NCBI GenBank assembly: GCA_963828465.1
Contig: CAWHEU010000026.1
Location: 43,589-107,588, forward strand
Length of the DNA stretch: 64,000 bases
Direction of reading: 5' to 3'
Source of the DNA: an uncultured Acidobacteriota bacterium
GTDB taxonomy: Bacteria; Actinomycetota; Acidimicrobiia; Spongiisociales; ZC4RG35
In this document: in pieces, positions 10,263-19,669 of the stretch
Position numbering within the stretch: the stretch's first letter is position 1
Layout of the letters: each line of letters starts with the position of its first letter
Notes under the pieces: generated by a model
What the model was told of the DNA's origin: nothing
Seen by the model: only the letters and a program-made list of their open reading frames with translations
The model's database searches: none
Made by a program: the position numbers and the translations under genes

Positions 10263-11802
10263 CCTCGAGTCCTTGCACGAACAGGGTCGACACGATGCCG
10301 TTGTGTCCGTCCACTGCCACGATTTGCTCACCGGGCGGGAGGCTCACCCCGCACACGGCGGGGACCCTGAGGGCGCGTGCGGACTCGAAGAGGTGGGCCG
10401 CAGAGCTACCCGATTCCGTCACGAGGCCGGCGGCGTCCCAGAGCAAGGGGGCCAGATTGGGTATGGGCTGTGAGGCGACGATCACGGCGCGTGGCCGGTA
10501 GTTCGTGGCCAACCCGTCGGGAGGGTATTTCCCTGCCGAGACGCCTGCCCCGAGGCCCGGGGAGGCCCCGACACCCTGTTGCCGGGTGCCGGCGCCGAGG
10601 ACGACCGAGGCGACGAATGGCTCCCATCGGCCGATCCCGCGTCTGGGGGCGGGGTCATCTCGCTCCAATCGTTGCACCAGGGCCCAGAGCGATGCGGCGG
10701 GCTCCGGATCGGGGGGCCGCAGATTCCCGACCACCTCCAGGGCAGGCAGAGGATCAGGCCCGAGCAGCGCGGTCATGCACGCTCGGGCTGCGGCCAATGC
10801 CTGTTCAGCGGGCAGCCCCCATACCTCGGAGGTCAGACTGTCACGCATCTGGTAGGCGAGGGCCATCGCATCGTGGGGAAGGTTGCCAACATGTGGCTCG
10901 GCGGTGGGAAAGCCCCCCAGGGCCCAGGGGAGGATGAGCTCGTCGCCGAGACGGCTCCCCGCCCTGACCACCACCCGGGCTATGGGCACGAGACCAGTGT
11001 CGACGGGGTAGGACGGAGTGTCCGGAGGCTGAATCGGAGCCTCGCCTTCGGCCAGCTGCAGCAGCCAGACCCGCTCGTCCAGCCCCCATTCACAGCGGTT
11101 GGCGCCCAGTGACGCCCGTGCGCGGTGCAACGCGTCGGCGATATCGTCGAGGGTCTCCACACCGAGAAGATCGACCAGCTCGTCGCCAATCCAATTCCCG
11201 CCCTCGCCACGTGTTGCTTCCATCCCCGCGCTCCAGCCCTGGAGGAGTGCGGCGGGTGAGCCCTTCACACCGATCACCACGATCGATCCGCTCCCCTCGA
11301 TCGTGGCCGTGCCCCCAGCCACCGGATCCAAAGCAGGCTGGATGAGGACCGCCATCGGGACCGACCCTGGGTCGACTCGTGCCGCGTCCTGACGCTCTAG
11401 TGCATCGACGGAGAACGCCGAAGCCCAGCAACCGGTGACCGCCCGGGGTAAGTCCGTGGGGGACAGGTCGAGATACGAGGTGAAGGCGCCCGACCACTCC
11501 CCCGAAGATTCGATGATCGTCGAGGAACGGGCCACCAGAACGTCGCCGAGCCGTGCCCCTCGCTCGACCAGTTCGTCAGCGAACGGGACCGGTGCCGCGG
11601 TCAACGCCAGCCGGGCCCCGCCGGAGCCGCGGGTTGCCAGTATCTCGACCCCGAGCTGCATATGGGCGAGCGAGTCGACCGCGTCGACCACGAGTCCGGG
11701 CAGGACCGGGAGCCCGGCTCGCCTGGCCATGGCGAGCCAGGCGGCCTTGGCCCCGACCCTGGCGGGGTCGAGGGCGGCCTCATGGTCGAGGTCGTGGATC
11801 AA
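10255..11802 (-). CDS. PEP/pyruvate-binding (ATP-grasp) plus swivelling His-domain phosphotransferase-like protein
   Basis: GAKAAWLA, VARSS, GAFTSYL, MAVLIQP N-terminal motifs; C-terminal GLVTESGSSAAHLFESARALRVPAV. Confidence 0.75.
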   Translation of the reverse strand: MIHDLDHEAALDPARVGAKAAWLAMARRAGLPVLPGLVVDAVDSLAHMQLGVEILATRGSGGARLALTAAPVPFADELVERGARLGDVLVARSSTIIESSGEWSGAFTSYLDLSPTDLPRAVTGCWASAFSVDALERQDAARVDPGSVPMAVLIQPALDPVAGGTATIEGSGSIVVIGVKGSPAALLQGWSAGMEATRGEGGNWIGDELVDLLGVETLDDIADALHRARASLGANRCEWGLDERVWLLQLAEGEAPIQPPDTPSYPVDTGLVPIARVVVRAGSRLGDELILPWALGGFPTAEPHVGNLPHDAMALAYQMRDSLTSEVWGLPAEQALAAARACMTALLGPDPLPALEVVGNLRPPDPEPAASLWALVQRLERDDPAPRRGIGRWEPFVASVVLGAGTRQQGVGASPGLGAGVSAGKYPPDGLATNYRPRAVIVASQPIPNLAPLLWDAAGLVTESGSSAAHLFESARALRVPAVCGVSLPPGEQIVAVDGHNGIVSTLFVQGLEDD

Positions 11803-11808
11803 ACCCGG

Positions 11809-13047
11809 TCAGATGACCGAGATGATCTCGTGTGAGGCGTAGCTGGAGACCATCTCGATTCCCGTGTCAGTCACGTAGAGCATCTCCTCGAGACGCACGC
11901 CGTGGTCGTGGAGCTTTCCGTGTTGGGTCTCGAGGGCGAATGTCATGCCTGGCTGTATCTCGACCGGGTAGTCGAGCGACCAAATGCGGGATATGACCGG
12001 CGGGTCGTACTGAGCGAGACCGAGACCGTGTCCCCAGAAGTTCGCCGCCGCTTGGTCCTCCTCCTCGTAACCCCACACCTCCTTGGCCGAGGGCCATTTC
12101 GAGGCCACATCGGCGGTGGTGACCCCAGGCCCGGTCGCCTCGATGGAGTCCCAGAGCCATTTGTGGGCCAGGTCGTAGGTCTTCTGATGCTCGTCGGTCG
12201 GTTTGCCCCCGACGCAATAGGTGCGATAGACGCACGACTTGAAGCCGTTCCAGGTGAGGGCGGCCAGGTCGACGATCACCAGCTCCCCGGGGCGGATCAT
12301 CCGGTCCGAGAAGTTCCTCCAGTTGGGCCAGGCGTTGGGGCCCGAGGAGACAATGACATCCTCGACGTCCTCCATGCCGGGCAGGGAGTACAGCTTCTCG
12401 AAGCCGAAGGCCGCCACCTCGTTCTCGGTGAGCCCGGGTTTGATGAAGTTGGTGATCTCGTAGTGGACGTAGTCACAGATGGCGCCAACGATGGAGAACG
12501 CCTTGATCTCATCGGGGCTCTTGATGGCCCGGGCCTCCATCATCGGGGTCATACCGTCGGTCCAACTGATCCCGCGCTCCTCGAACTGCTTGATCAGGTT
12601 GATGTCGATGAAGTCGACGCCGAGCGGCTGATCCTTGACTCCTGCCTCCTCCAGGTCGTTGAGCAGGGAGTTGACGAACTTGGTGACCTGCTGCTCGGCG
12701 GCAGGGCCGACCGCTCCCTTGATCCAGGAGTAGGAGTAGCGGATGTTCTCTTCCGGGATCCAGGGGTTGTGCACCTTGAGGTGGAAGCCGATGTCACCCT
12801 GCTCGTAGACGATCGGGGGCTTGCCGGCGGTGAGGACGACGTAGCGGAGACCCGGCTTGAGACGGTTCCAGCCCGGGGTCAGCGTCGAGGAGACATACCT
12901 CATGTTCTCGTCATACATGAGGAGGAGGGCTCCGAGACCGTGGCGCTCCATAGCGGCGTGGGCCCGCTTCAGCCTCCAATCACGCACCTTGGCCCAGTTG
13001 ATGCCCTCTTTCCAGTCGGTGCTCAGCCCGAAGAACGCTTCTCTCAT
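11809..13047 (-). CDS. M24 family (creatinase/Xaa-Pro peptidase fold, DddP-like) protein
   Basis: ARAIKSPDE, GHGLGL, PGMTFALET, GVRLEE motifs. Confidence 0.85.
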   Translation of the reverse strand: MREAFFGLSTDWKEGINWAKVRDWRLKRAHAAMERHGLGALLLMYDENMRYVSSTLTPGWNRLKPGLRYVVLTAGKPPIVYEQGDIGFHLKVHNPWIPEENIRYSYSWIKGAVGPAAEQQVTKFVNSLLNDLEEAGVKDQPLGVDFIDINLIKQFEERGISWTDGMTPMMEARAIKSPDEIKAFSIVGAICDYVHYEITNFIKPGLTENEVAAFGFEKLYSLPGMEDVEDVIVSSGPNAWPNWRNFSDRMIRPGELVIVDLAALTWNGFKSCVYRTYCVGGKPTDEHQKTYDLAHKWLWDSIEATGPGVTTADVASKWPSAKEVWGYEEEDQAAANFWGHGLGLAQYDPPVISRIWSLDYPVEIQPGMTFALETQHGKLHDHGVRLEEMLYVTDTGIEMVSSYASHEIISVI

Positions 13048-13076
13048 CCCTAATCATGCCTCCGTGGGTTTCTTCG

Positions 13077-14309
13077 TCAGTCGACCCTATCCGGGATCAC
13101 TTCGCGGACGATCTCGAGGAACTCGTCGTCGTCGAGGAGCCCTTTCTTGGCCAGGGACCGGCCTTTGACCTCCGCCAGGATGGCCTCGATCTCCTTGGTC
13201 TCGGCATCGTGGATCCCGTGAGCACCGAGCCATATCGCCACCGAGTCGAGGCCGGAGCCTTTGCCGAGCACGATCTTGGGGTCGGCCTGTCCGACCAGCT
13301 CGGGACGGAATGGGAAGGGCTCGAGCAGTTCGTCGCCGACGTTCTTCACCCAAGTGGCGATGATCCCCGACTCGACGTTGTAGAGCATGTCGCCGGTCAC
13401 CGGCCGGTTGGCGGGCTGGGTGACTCCCGAGACGTCGGCCACCAAGCGGGCGATCTCGGTGAACTTGGTGGTGTCGATCCCGGTGTCGATGCCATACATG
13501 GTGAGGAGGGCGAGGACGGTTTCTTCGGTCGGCGCGTTTCCGGCCCGTTCCCCGATCCCGCTGACGGTGGTGTGGATCACCGAGGCGCCCTCGGCGACGG
13601 CGAGTGCGGTGTTGGCCACACCCATGCCGAAGTCCATGTGGAAATGAGTCTCGAGGGGGACAGCCATCCTCTCCCGGACCCGCTGTGTGTAGTAGCGAAT
13701 GGCGTGCGGAGAGGTCACGCCGAAGGTGTCGACCAGGGCGATGTTGTCGACGTGGCCCTCGGTGGCGACCTGCTCCAGATCGTCGAGGAGCTCGGTCATC
13801 GTGGCCCTGGTGGCGTCGATCGGGAAGAACGTCACTTTCAAACCGTTGTCGTGGGCGTACTTGGTTGCCTCCACGGACGCCTCGATCGCCTTCTCCACCG
13901 GCCAGCGGTAGGCCTTCTCGATGAGGTGATGGCTGGCCGGCACCTCCATCACGACTCCGCTGACCCCGCAGTCCAGCGCCAGCTCGACGTCGGGGACCAT
14001 GCAACGGCTGAAGGCATAGATCTCCGAAGGGAGGCCCTCGCCCACCATGCGTCTGATGGCATCGGCATCGGAGGGGGAGACGGCGGGGAGACCGGCCTCG
14101 ATCCGATGGATCCCCGCCTCGGCCAGGGCGGTGGCGATTCTCACCTTGTCGTCAGAGGTGAACTCCACACCGGCCTGCTGCTCCCCGTCGCGGAGGGTCA
14201 CATCGTGGACCTGGACATTCGATGGGATGGAGAAACCCTCGGTGACCTCGGGGAGGTAATTCCAGGGGCTGGAGAACCAGAGGTCGGTCTTCCAAGGCTC
14301 GCGGTCCAT
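13077..14309 (-). CDS. HMGL-like DRE-TIM metallolyase (isopropylmalate/homocitrate synthase-like, no regulatory domain)
   Basis: DVTLRDGEQ, HFHMDFG, GIGERAGN motifs; start MDREPWK. Confidence 0.85.
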   Translation of the reverse strand: MDREPWKTDLWFSSPWNYLPEVTEGFSIPSNVQVHDVTLRDGEQQAGVEFTSDDKVRIATALAEAGIHRIEAGLPAVSPSDADAIRRMVGEGLPSEIYAFSRCMVPDVELALDCGVSGVVMEVPASHHLIEKAYRWPVEKAIEASVEATKYAHDNGLKVTFFPIDATRATMTELLDDLEQVATEGHVDNIALVDTFGVTSPHAIRYYTQRVRERMAVPLETHFHMDFGMGVANTALAVAEGASVIHTTVSGIGERAGNAPTEETVLALLTMYGIDTGIDTTKFTEIARLVADVSGVTQPANRPVTGDMLYNVESGIIATWVKNVGDELLEPFPFRPELVGQADPKIVLGKGSGLDSVAIWLGAHGIHDAETKEIEAILAEVKGRSLAKKGLLDDDEFLEIVREVIPDRVD

Positions 14310-14413
14310 TTCTCTGCTCCTCACCCGTTCGACAGGACGATCGTGCATCATATACGATCGATAATCGACCAGAGCAAACAGGATCGGCCCCGGCACCGGC
14401 TCCGAGTATCAGG

Positions 14414-15334
14414 ATGAGCCGGAAAACATTGTGGATTGGGGGCTACGGGCCACGTCAGAGCGCCCACGGCGACGGTCTCGACGCCTTCAAGCGGGCCGTC
14501 GAGGAGGGAACCGAGGGCGACGTCGTCGTCGACGTCACCTGGAACATCATGGACGACGGGCGGCCCAATACCGATCTGTTCGATCTGGTCGAGGCGGGGG
14601 AGATGTTCATGTGCTACTTCTCCTCCAGCTATCTCGGGGACCGGGTGCCGGAGCTGAATGTCCTGGAGACCCCTTTCCTGTTCCCCGACCTGGCCACCGC
14701 CCATCGAGCGCTCGATGGCGAGCTCGGTGACGCATTTGCCGGAGCGGTGCGGGCCAACACCGGATTCGAAGTCCTGGGATTCTGGGACAACGGGTTCCGG
14801 CACATGACCAACCGCCACCGCCGCATAAGCAATCCTGCTGACTGTCGCGGGATGACGGTGCGCCTCCAGCCGAACGCTATCCACGAGGAGTTGATCCGAT
14901 CATGGGGAGCCGTTCCGGTGGCGGTGGAGCTCAGCGAAGGAATCCAGATGATCGCCCGTCTCGAGGTGGACGCCCAGGAGAACCCGCTGGCCAACACGGT
15001 GGCCTATGGGGTCGACCGGGTCCATCGTCACATCACGATGACCGGGCATCTCTACGGGGCAAGGGGTTTGTTCGCCCACCGGCCCACCTGGGATGACTTC
15101 GACATCGACCTTCGCCGGGTGGTGTCCAAAGCGGCACGCACCGCCATCGAGGTGCAACGACGAGCCGCAGCCGAGATGGAATCGGTGCTCCGGCTGAGAT
15201 TGGAGAGTGATGGAGTCGAGTTCGTGGATCTGACCGACGAGGAGCGATCCGTGTTCATCGAGGCGTCGGCCCCGGCTATCGCCCTGGCCCATGAGGGGCT
15301 GTCGGAAGACCTCTTCGAGCTGGCCCGGCCATGA
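14414..15334 (+). CDS. TRAP transporter substrate-binding protein (DctP family)
   Basis: LETPFLF, FWDNGFRHMTN, VDAQENP motifs; no signal peptide visible. Confidence 0.85.
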   Translation: MSRKTLWIGGYGPRQSAHGDGLDAFKRAVEEGTEGDVVVDVTWNIMDDGRPNTDLFDLVEAGEMFMCYFSSSYLGDRVPELNVLETPFLFPDLATAHRALDGELGDAFAGAVRANTGFEVLGFWDNGFRHMTNRHRRISNPADCRGMTVRLQPNAIHEELIRSWGAVPVAVELSEGIQMIARLEVDAQENPLANTVAYGVDRVHRHITMTGHLYGARGLFAHRPTWDDFDIDLRRVVSKAARTAIEVQRRAAAEMESVLRLRLESDGVEFVDLTDEERSVFIEASAPAIALAHEGLSEDLFELARP

Positions 15335-16078
15335 ACCACGACTTCGACGACCGGGTCGTGGTGGTAACCGGCGCCGCAGTCGGCATCGGTAAGGCCACGG
15401 CCGCCGCCTTCGGCAACGCCGGCGGCACCGTCTACCTCGTCGACATCGACGCAGATGCTGGGACGCGTCTCGGCCGGGGCGATCGCAGGCGCCACCTTCA
15501 TCCACTGCGACCTGACTTTGGAGGACGAAGTGGCAGCTGCTATCGAGGCCATCGACCAGTCCTCCGGGCGCATCGATGTCCTGGTGAACAACGCCGGTGG
15601 TTTCCCCGAGGCGCTCGGGCTGGAGGACACCACGATCGAGGAGTGGCATCGGATTCTCGACGCCAACCTGACCTCCGTGTTTCTGATGACGCGTGCTTCT
15701 CTCCCTCTGTTGCGCCGATCCGAGGCCGGTCGCATCGTCAACCTCGGGTCCCTTGCCGGTCAGACAGCGGGTTGGCAGACGGCGCCGCCCTACGTCGCCG
15801 CCAAGGCCGGGGTACATGGTCTGACCCGCGCCCTGGCGACCGAGCTCGCCGGCGAGGGCATAACCGTGAACGCCGTTGCCCCATCGGCCGTGCTCACCGA
15901 GCGCATCTCCAGGCTTCGCGACGAATCCGAGCTCGCCGCCACCGCCGCATCCATCCCCCTCGGCCGGTATCAGTCCCCTGAGGAGGTGGCCGAGTGGGTG
16001 CTGTTCCTGTCCTCGTCCGCCGCAGGCTTCATGACCGGTCAGACCGTGTCGGTCAACGGCGGTAGGTTCATGGCATGA
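15331..16078 (+). CDS. SDR family oxidoreductase, interrupted by one frameshift near 15460
   Basis: TGAAVGIG in ORF 15331 joins NNAG...YVAAK in ORF 15455 if one G of GGG 15460-15462 is removed. Confidence 0.85.
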
Positions 16079-16094
16079 CACCTGGGAGGGGCTC

Positions 16095-16478
16095 GTGGCC
16101 GAGCTGATCCGATTCGACGAGGCCGATCCGGTGGCACGCGGGGATGGGATCGAGAGTGTCCAGCTGACCCCGACGCCACTCGAGGGCCAGCGGTTCACGA
16201 TGGGTGTCACCAGCTTTCCCCCGGGGACCAGCATCCGTCTTCACAGCCACAACACCATCGAGCAGGTGACCGTGCTCGAGGGGGAAGGTATCGCCGAGTT
16301 GAACGGTGAGCAGGTCGAGGCCAGGCCCTACGACACGACCCAAATCGCTCCCGGGGAGTGGCACCGGTTCATCAACACCGGGGCCGGGACGATGAGGATC
16401 CTCTGGGTCTACGGGAGCACCGAGGTCACCCGAACCTTTGCCGACACCGGGGAGACCGTGGACCAATTCGAGCGGTGA
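16095..16478 (+). CDS. Cupin domain protein
   Basis: LHSHNTIEQVTVLEG and PGEWHRFIN cupin motifs. Confidence 0.85.
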   Translation: MAELIRFDEADPVARGDGIESVQLTPTPLEGQRFTMGVTSFPPGTSIRLHSHNTIEQVTVLEGEGIAELNGEQVEARPYDTTQIAPGEWHRFINTGAGTMRILWVYGSTEVTRTFADTGETVDQFER

Positions 16479-17512
16479 GATTCCCGTTCGAGCGTCTCGT
16501 CGCCTTCTCACGAGACGTCCTGGTCGCTGTCGATGCGCTGCCCGAGCACGCCGAGGTGACCGCCCGCCGGCTGCTCGAGGCCGATCTGAGAGGGCGGACC
16601 GGTCACGGTCTGATCCGGGTCCCCCAGTACGTGATGAGGATCGAGGCAGGTGGCATCGATCTCCGTCCCGAGATCTCCGTCCTTCGGGAGACACCGGTGA
16701 GTGCCCTGGTCGACGGTGACAATGGTCTGGGTCAGGTCGTGATGACCCTGGCTGCCGAGACTGCGATGGCCAAGGCCACCGAATCGGGCATGGCCTGGGT
16801 GGGCACGGTCCATTCCAACCATGCCGGCGCTGCCGGTGTGTACACCACGATGGCGGCTCGCCGGGACCTCATCGCCCTCTACATCGCGGTAGCCAGCGCC
16901 AATGTGATGCCCCCTTGGGGCGGGCAGGAGAGGCTGCTCGGGACCAACCCGATCTCCATTGCCATTCCGGCAGGCGAGGGACATCCATACGTCCTCGACA
17001 TCGCAACGACAGTCACATCACACGGCACGATCAAGGTGTTGGCCCAGGCCGGCGAGTTGATGCCCGAGGGCTGGGTGGTCGATCTCGAGGGCAACCCGAT
17101 CTTGGACCCGAATCGAGCCGACGAGGGCTTTCTCATGCCGATCGGTGGCTACAAGGGGTCCGGGCTCAACATCGGTCTCGGCTTGCTCGCCGGGGTGCTC
17201 AACGGTGCCGCGTTCGGGGACGACGTGATCGACCACCGCAAAGTGCCGGGACAACCGGCCAACACAGGCCAGGCGATGTTCGTGATGCGACCCGACCTGT
17301 TCAGCGACCTCGACCAATTTCGTGCAGACATGGATCACCACCTGAATGACCTTCGCGCCGCCGGCCCACCGGGGTCGGTTCGCCTCCCCGGTGATATCGC
17401 TGCCGAGCTCGAAGCGGAGCGATCAGCGGAAGGGATCCCGGTCGGCGACGTCCTTCTCGGCCAGCTTCGTGATCTAGGAGCGCGCTTGGGTTTGGAGGAC
17501 CGGCTCGACTGA
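16475..17512 (+). CDS. Ldh_2 family oxidoreductase (ComC/AllD/malate-lactate dehydrogenase type 2)
   Basis: ADLRGRTGHG, NHAG, GTNPI, DIAT, GGYKGSG, RLPG motifs; GTG start overlaps cupin stop. Confidence 0.88.
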   Translation: MRFPFERLVAFSRDVLVAVDALPEHAEVTARRLLEADLRGRTGHGLIRVPQYVMRIEAGGIDLRPEISVLRETPVSALVDGDNGLGQVVMTLAAETAMAKATESGMAWVGTVHSNHAGAAGVYTTMAARRDLIALYIAVASANVMPPWGGQERLLGTNPISIAIPAGEGHPYVLDIATTVTSHGTIKVLAQAGELMPEGWVVDLEGNPILDPNRADEGFLMPIGGYKGSGLNIGLGLLAGVLNGAAFGDDVIDHRKVPGQPANTGQAMFVMRPDLFSDLDQFRADMDHHLNDLRAAGPPGSVRLPGDIAAELEAERSAEGIPVGDVLLGQLRDLGARLGLEDRLD

Positions 17513-17517
17513 ACAGA

Positions 17518-18603
17518 TCAGGCAGGTGGCGAGGCGATTGACCACCGGACGTGGCCCGGCGTGATATCGGCCACCGACCCACAGCCGATGTTGGCCATGG
17601 TGCTGCTGATCTCGTCTTCCAGGATCTCCAATGCACGCGAGAGTGCGTCGGCGCCCCCGACTGCCAGTCCCCAGCACTGAAGACGCCCGATGCCTACCGC
17701 CCGCGCACCCAGTGCCAAGGCCTTGCAAACCTCCGCCCCGCGGGTGAAGCCGCTGTCCACTGCCACCTCTGCGTCCGGACCGACAGCTTCGACTACCTCG
17801 GCCAGAGCTTCGATCGTGCTGAGACCCTGGTCGATCATCCGCCCGCCGTGATTGGAGACGTAGACGGCGGCCACACCGCAATCGACAGCCTCCAAGGCGT
17901 CCTCGGCGGCCATGACTCCTTTCACGACGACTGGCAGAGCGGTGTGGGCACAGAGCCAGGCGAGATCGGGCCAGGTGAAGGTCGCCCGATAGGCGTAGTC
18001 GAATCCATGTCGGTTCAGACTGTCTGTCCCTTCCGCCGGCACTGCCCAGCCGAAGCCGCTCTCGATGCTCCGGTCACGCCGTCCGATCACGGGCGAATCC
18101 ACGGTCACGCATATCCCGGCGAACCCGGCCTGTTCCGCCCTGTCGGCGATTTCGCTCATCCAGGGTCGATCACCCATCGGATATATCTGGAAGAAATGAC
18201 GGCCGGGCGCAGTGGACGCCACGTCCTCCCACGGGGACGCGGTGAGCATCGCGCAGAATGCCGACGTCCCGCGCGTGGTTGCTGCCTCCGCCGCAGCCAA
18301 AGCATCCCCAGGGTCGTACAACCCCAGGGCGGCCACAGGGGCGAGCATCACCGGGACAGCGAGCGGCACTCCGACGAACGACGAAGTGGTGTCGACACGG
18401 CTCACGTCCCGCAGCACCCGCGGGACCAGGGCGAGGCGGTTCAGGGCGAGCGAGTTGCGTGTCGTGGTCACGCCCTGACCGGCACCGGCGGCCCCCCATT
18501 CGTATGGCCCGGGCTCGACCGACTCACGAGCACGAGCGATGATCTGGTCGATGGTCACCAGGTCGTCGAAATTGGCGGAGCCGGTCACCGGGGCATCCCC
18601 CAT
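17518..18603 (-). CDS. FMN-dependent alpha-hydroxy acid oxidase/dehydrogenase
   Basis: LVPRVL, TVDSP, VKG, SNHGGR, DSGFTRG motifs. Confidence 0.88.
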   Translation of the reverse strand: MGDAPVTGSANFDDLVTIDQIIARARESVEPGPYEWGAAGAGQGVTTTRNSLALNRLALVPRVLRDVSRVDTTSSFVGVPLAVPVMLAPVAALGLYDPGDALAAAEAATTRGTSAFCAMLTASPWEDVASTAPGRHFFQIYPMGDRPWMSEIADRAEQAGFAGICVTVDSPVIGRRDRSIESGFGWAVPAEGTDSLNRHGFDYAYRATFTWPDLAWLCAHTALPVVVKGVMAAEDALEAVDCGVAAVYVSNHGGRMIDQGLSTIEALAEVVEAVGPDAEVAVDSGFTRGAEVCKALALGARAVGIGRLQCWGLAVGGADALSRALEILEDEISSTMANIGCGSVADITPGHVRWSIASPPA

Positions 18604-18607
18604 GTCC

Positions 18608-19669
18608 TCAATAGACCACTTCCACCAGCCGCCGCTCCCGGGCCGATCGCTCGATGGCCTCGCAGACCTGGGCACTGCGAAGACCGTCCAGACCGGATGC
18701 GTTCGGCTCCTCCCCGCTCAGCACCGAATTGGTGAAGGCGGCGAGAGACAGCCGGTGGGCCTCGGGCGCCGGGTAACGGGTGGTGGTTTCGCCCGCATCG
18801 GTGAGGATCGCCAGCTCACCGTCACTGCGTGATCGGGTGAAGGACTTGCCCACCACACGGCCTTGGGTCCCGTAGATAACGATGTCGTTGAGAGGATCGC
18901 GCAACTTCTCGTTGGCGTCGTACTGGACCATGACGCCATTCTCGAACCGCAGCTGTATCAGCGCCAGCATCTCGACCTCACCCGAGCCGGGCACCTGATC
19001 GAACATGGCCATCACCTCCACGGGCTCCGAATGCAGCAGGACCCTGAGGAAGTCGAGCCCGTGCACACCCACGTTGTGGACCGAGCCCAGGCCGGCCATG
19101 ACCGGGTCGGCTCGCCAGTTGTCGTAATGGCGCGGCCCCGAAGCGACCTGGAGCTGGACCACCCGGACGTCGCCAATCGTCCCCTCGGCGATGAGGCGGC
19201 TCACATCTCGAACCCAGGGGAGATGGCGGTTGTGGAAGTTGACCCCGAGCGAGACGCCCGCCGACTCACAGGCGTCGAGGGCGCGCCTCGCATCGGCGAC
19301 GTTGTTGCCCAGGGGCTTGTCACACAAGACGTGCTTTCCGGCACCGGCGGCAGCCACCACCTGATCGGCGTGGAACAGGTTTGGAGTGGCGATGAAGACC
19401 GCATCGACTTCGGGGTTGGCCAGCATCTCGTCATAGTCGGTGTATGCGAAGCGAGCCCCGAACTCCCGTGCGAAGTCATCGGCCCGACCCTGGTCCCGGC
19501 TCACAGCAGCCACGAGATCACACGCCGGCTCGACCACCATCGCCGGCGCCATCGTGGACCGGACGATGTTGCCGATACCGATGATGCCCCAGCCGAGCGT
19601 TTCTCCCCCCAGCGAAGCGTTGGGGGGAGTACCGCCGGAGGCGGGGAGGGGGGCTTCTCGCTCGGTCAC
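18608..19669 (-). CDS. Gfo/Idh/MocA family oxidoreductase
   Basis: WGIIGIG, ATPNLFH, GKHVLCDKP motifs. Confidence 0.88.
   Translation of the reverse strand: MTEREAPLPASGGTPPNASLGGETLGWGIIGIGNIVRSTMAPAMVVEPACDLVAAVSRDQGRADDFAREFGARFAYTDYDEMLANPEVDAVFIATPNLFHADQVVAAAGAGKHVLCDKPLGNNVADARRALDACESAGVSLGVNFHNRHLPWVRDVSRLIAEGTIGDVRVVQLQVASGPRHYDNWRADPVMAGLGSVHNVGVHGLDFLRVLLHSEPVEVMAMFDQVPGSGEVEMLALIQLRFENGVMVQYDANEKLRDPLNDIVIYGTQGRVVGKSFTRSRSDGELAILTDAGETTTRYPAPEAHRLSLAAFTNSVLSGEEPNASGLDGLRSAQVCEAIERSARERRLVEVVY

Noticed and set aside
14340-14372. GntR operator-like AT-rich palindromes in divergent intergenic regions (also ~20670 and ~22190)
   Set aside because: Plausible, but too degenerate to define a shared consensus by eye
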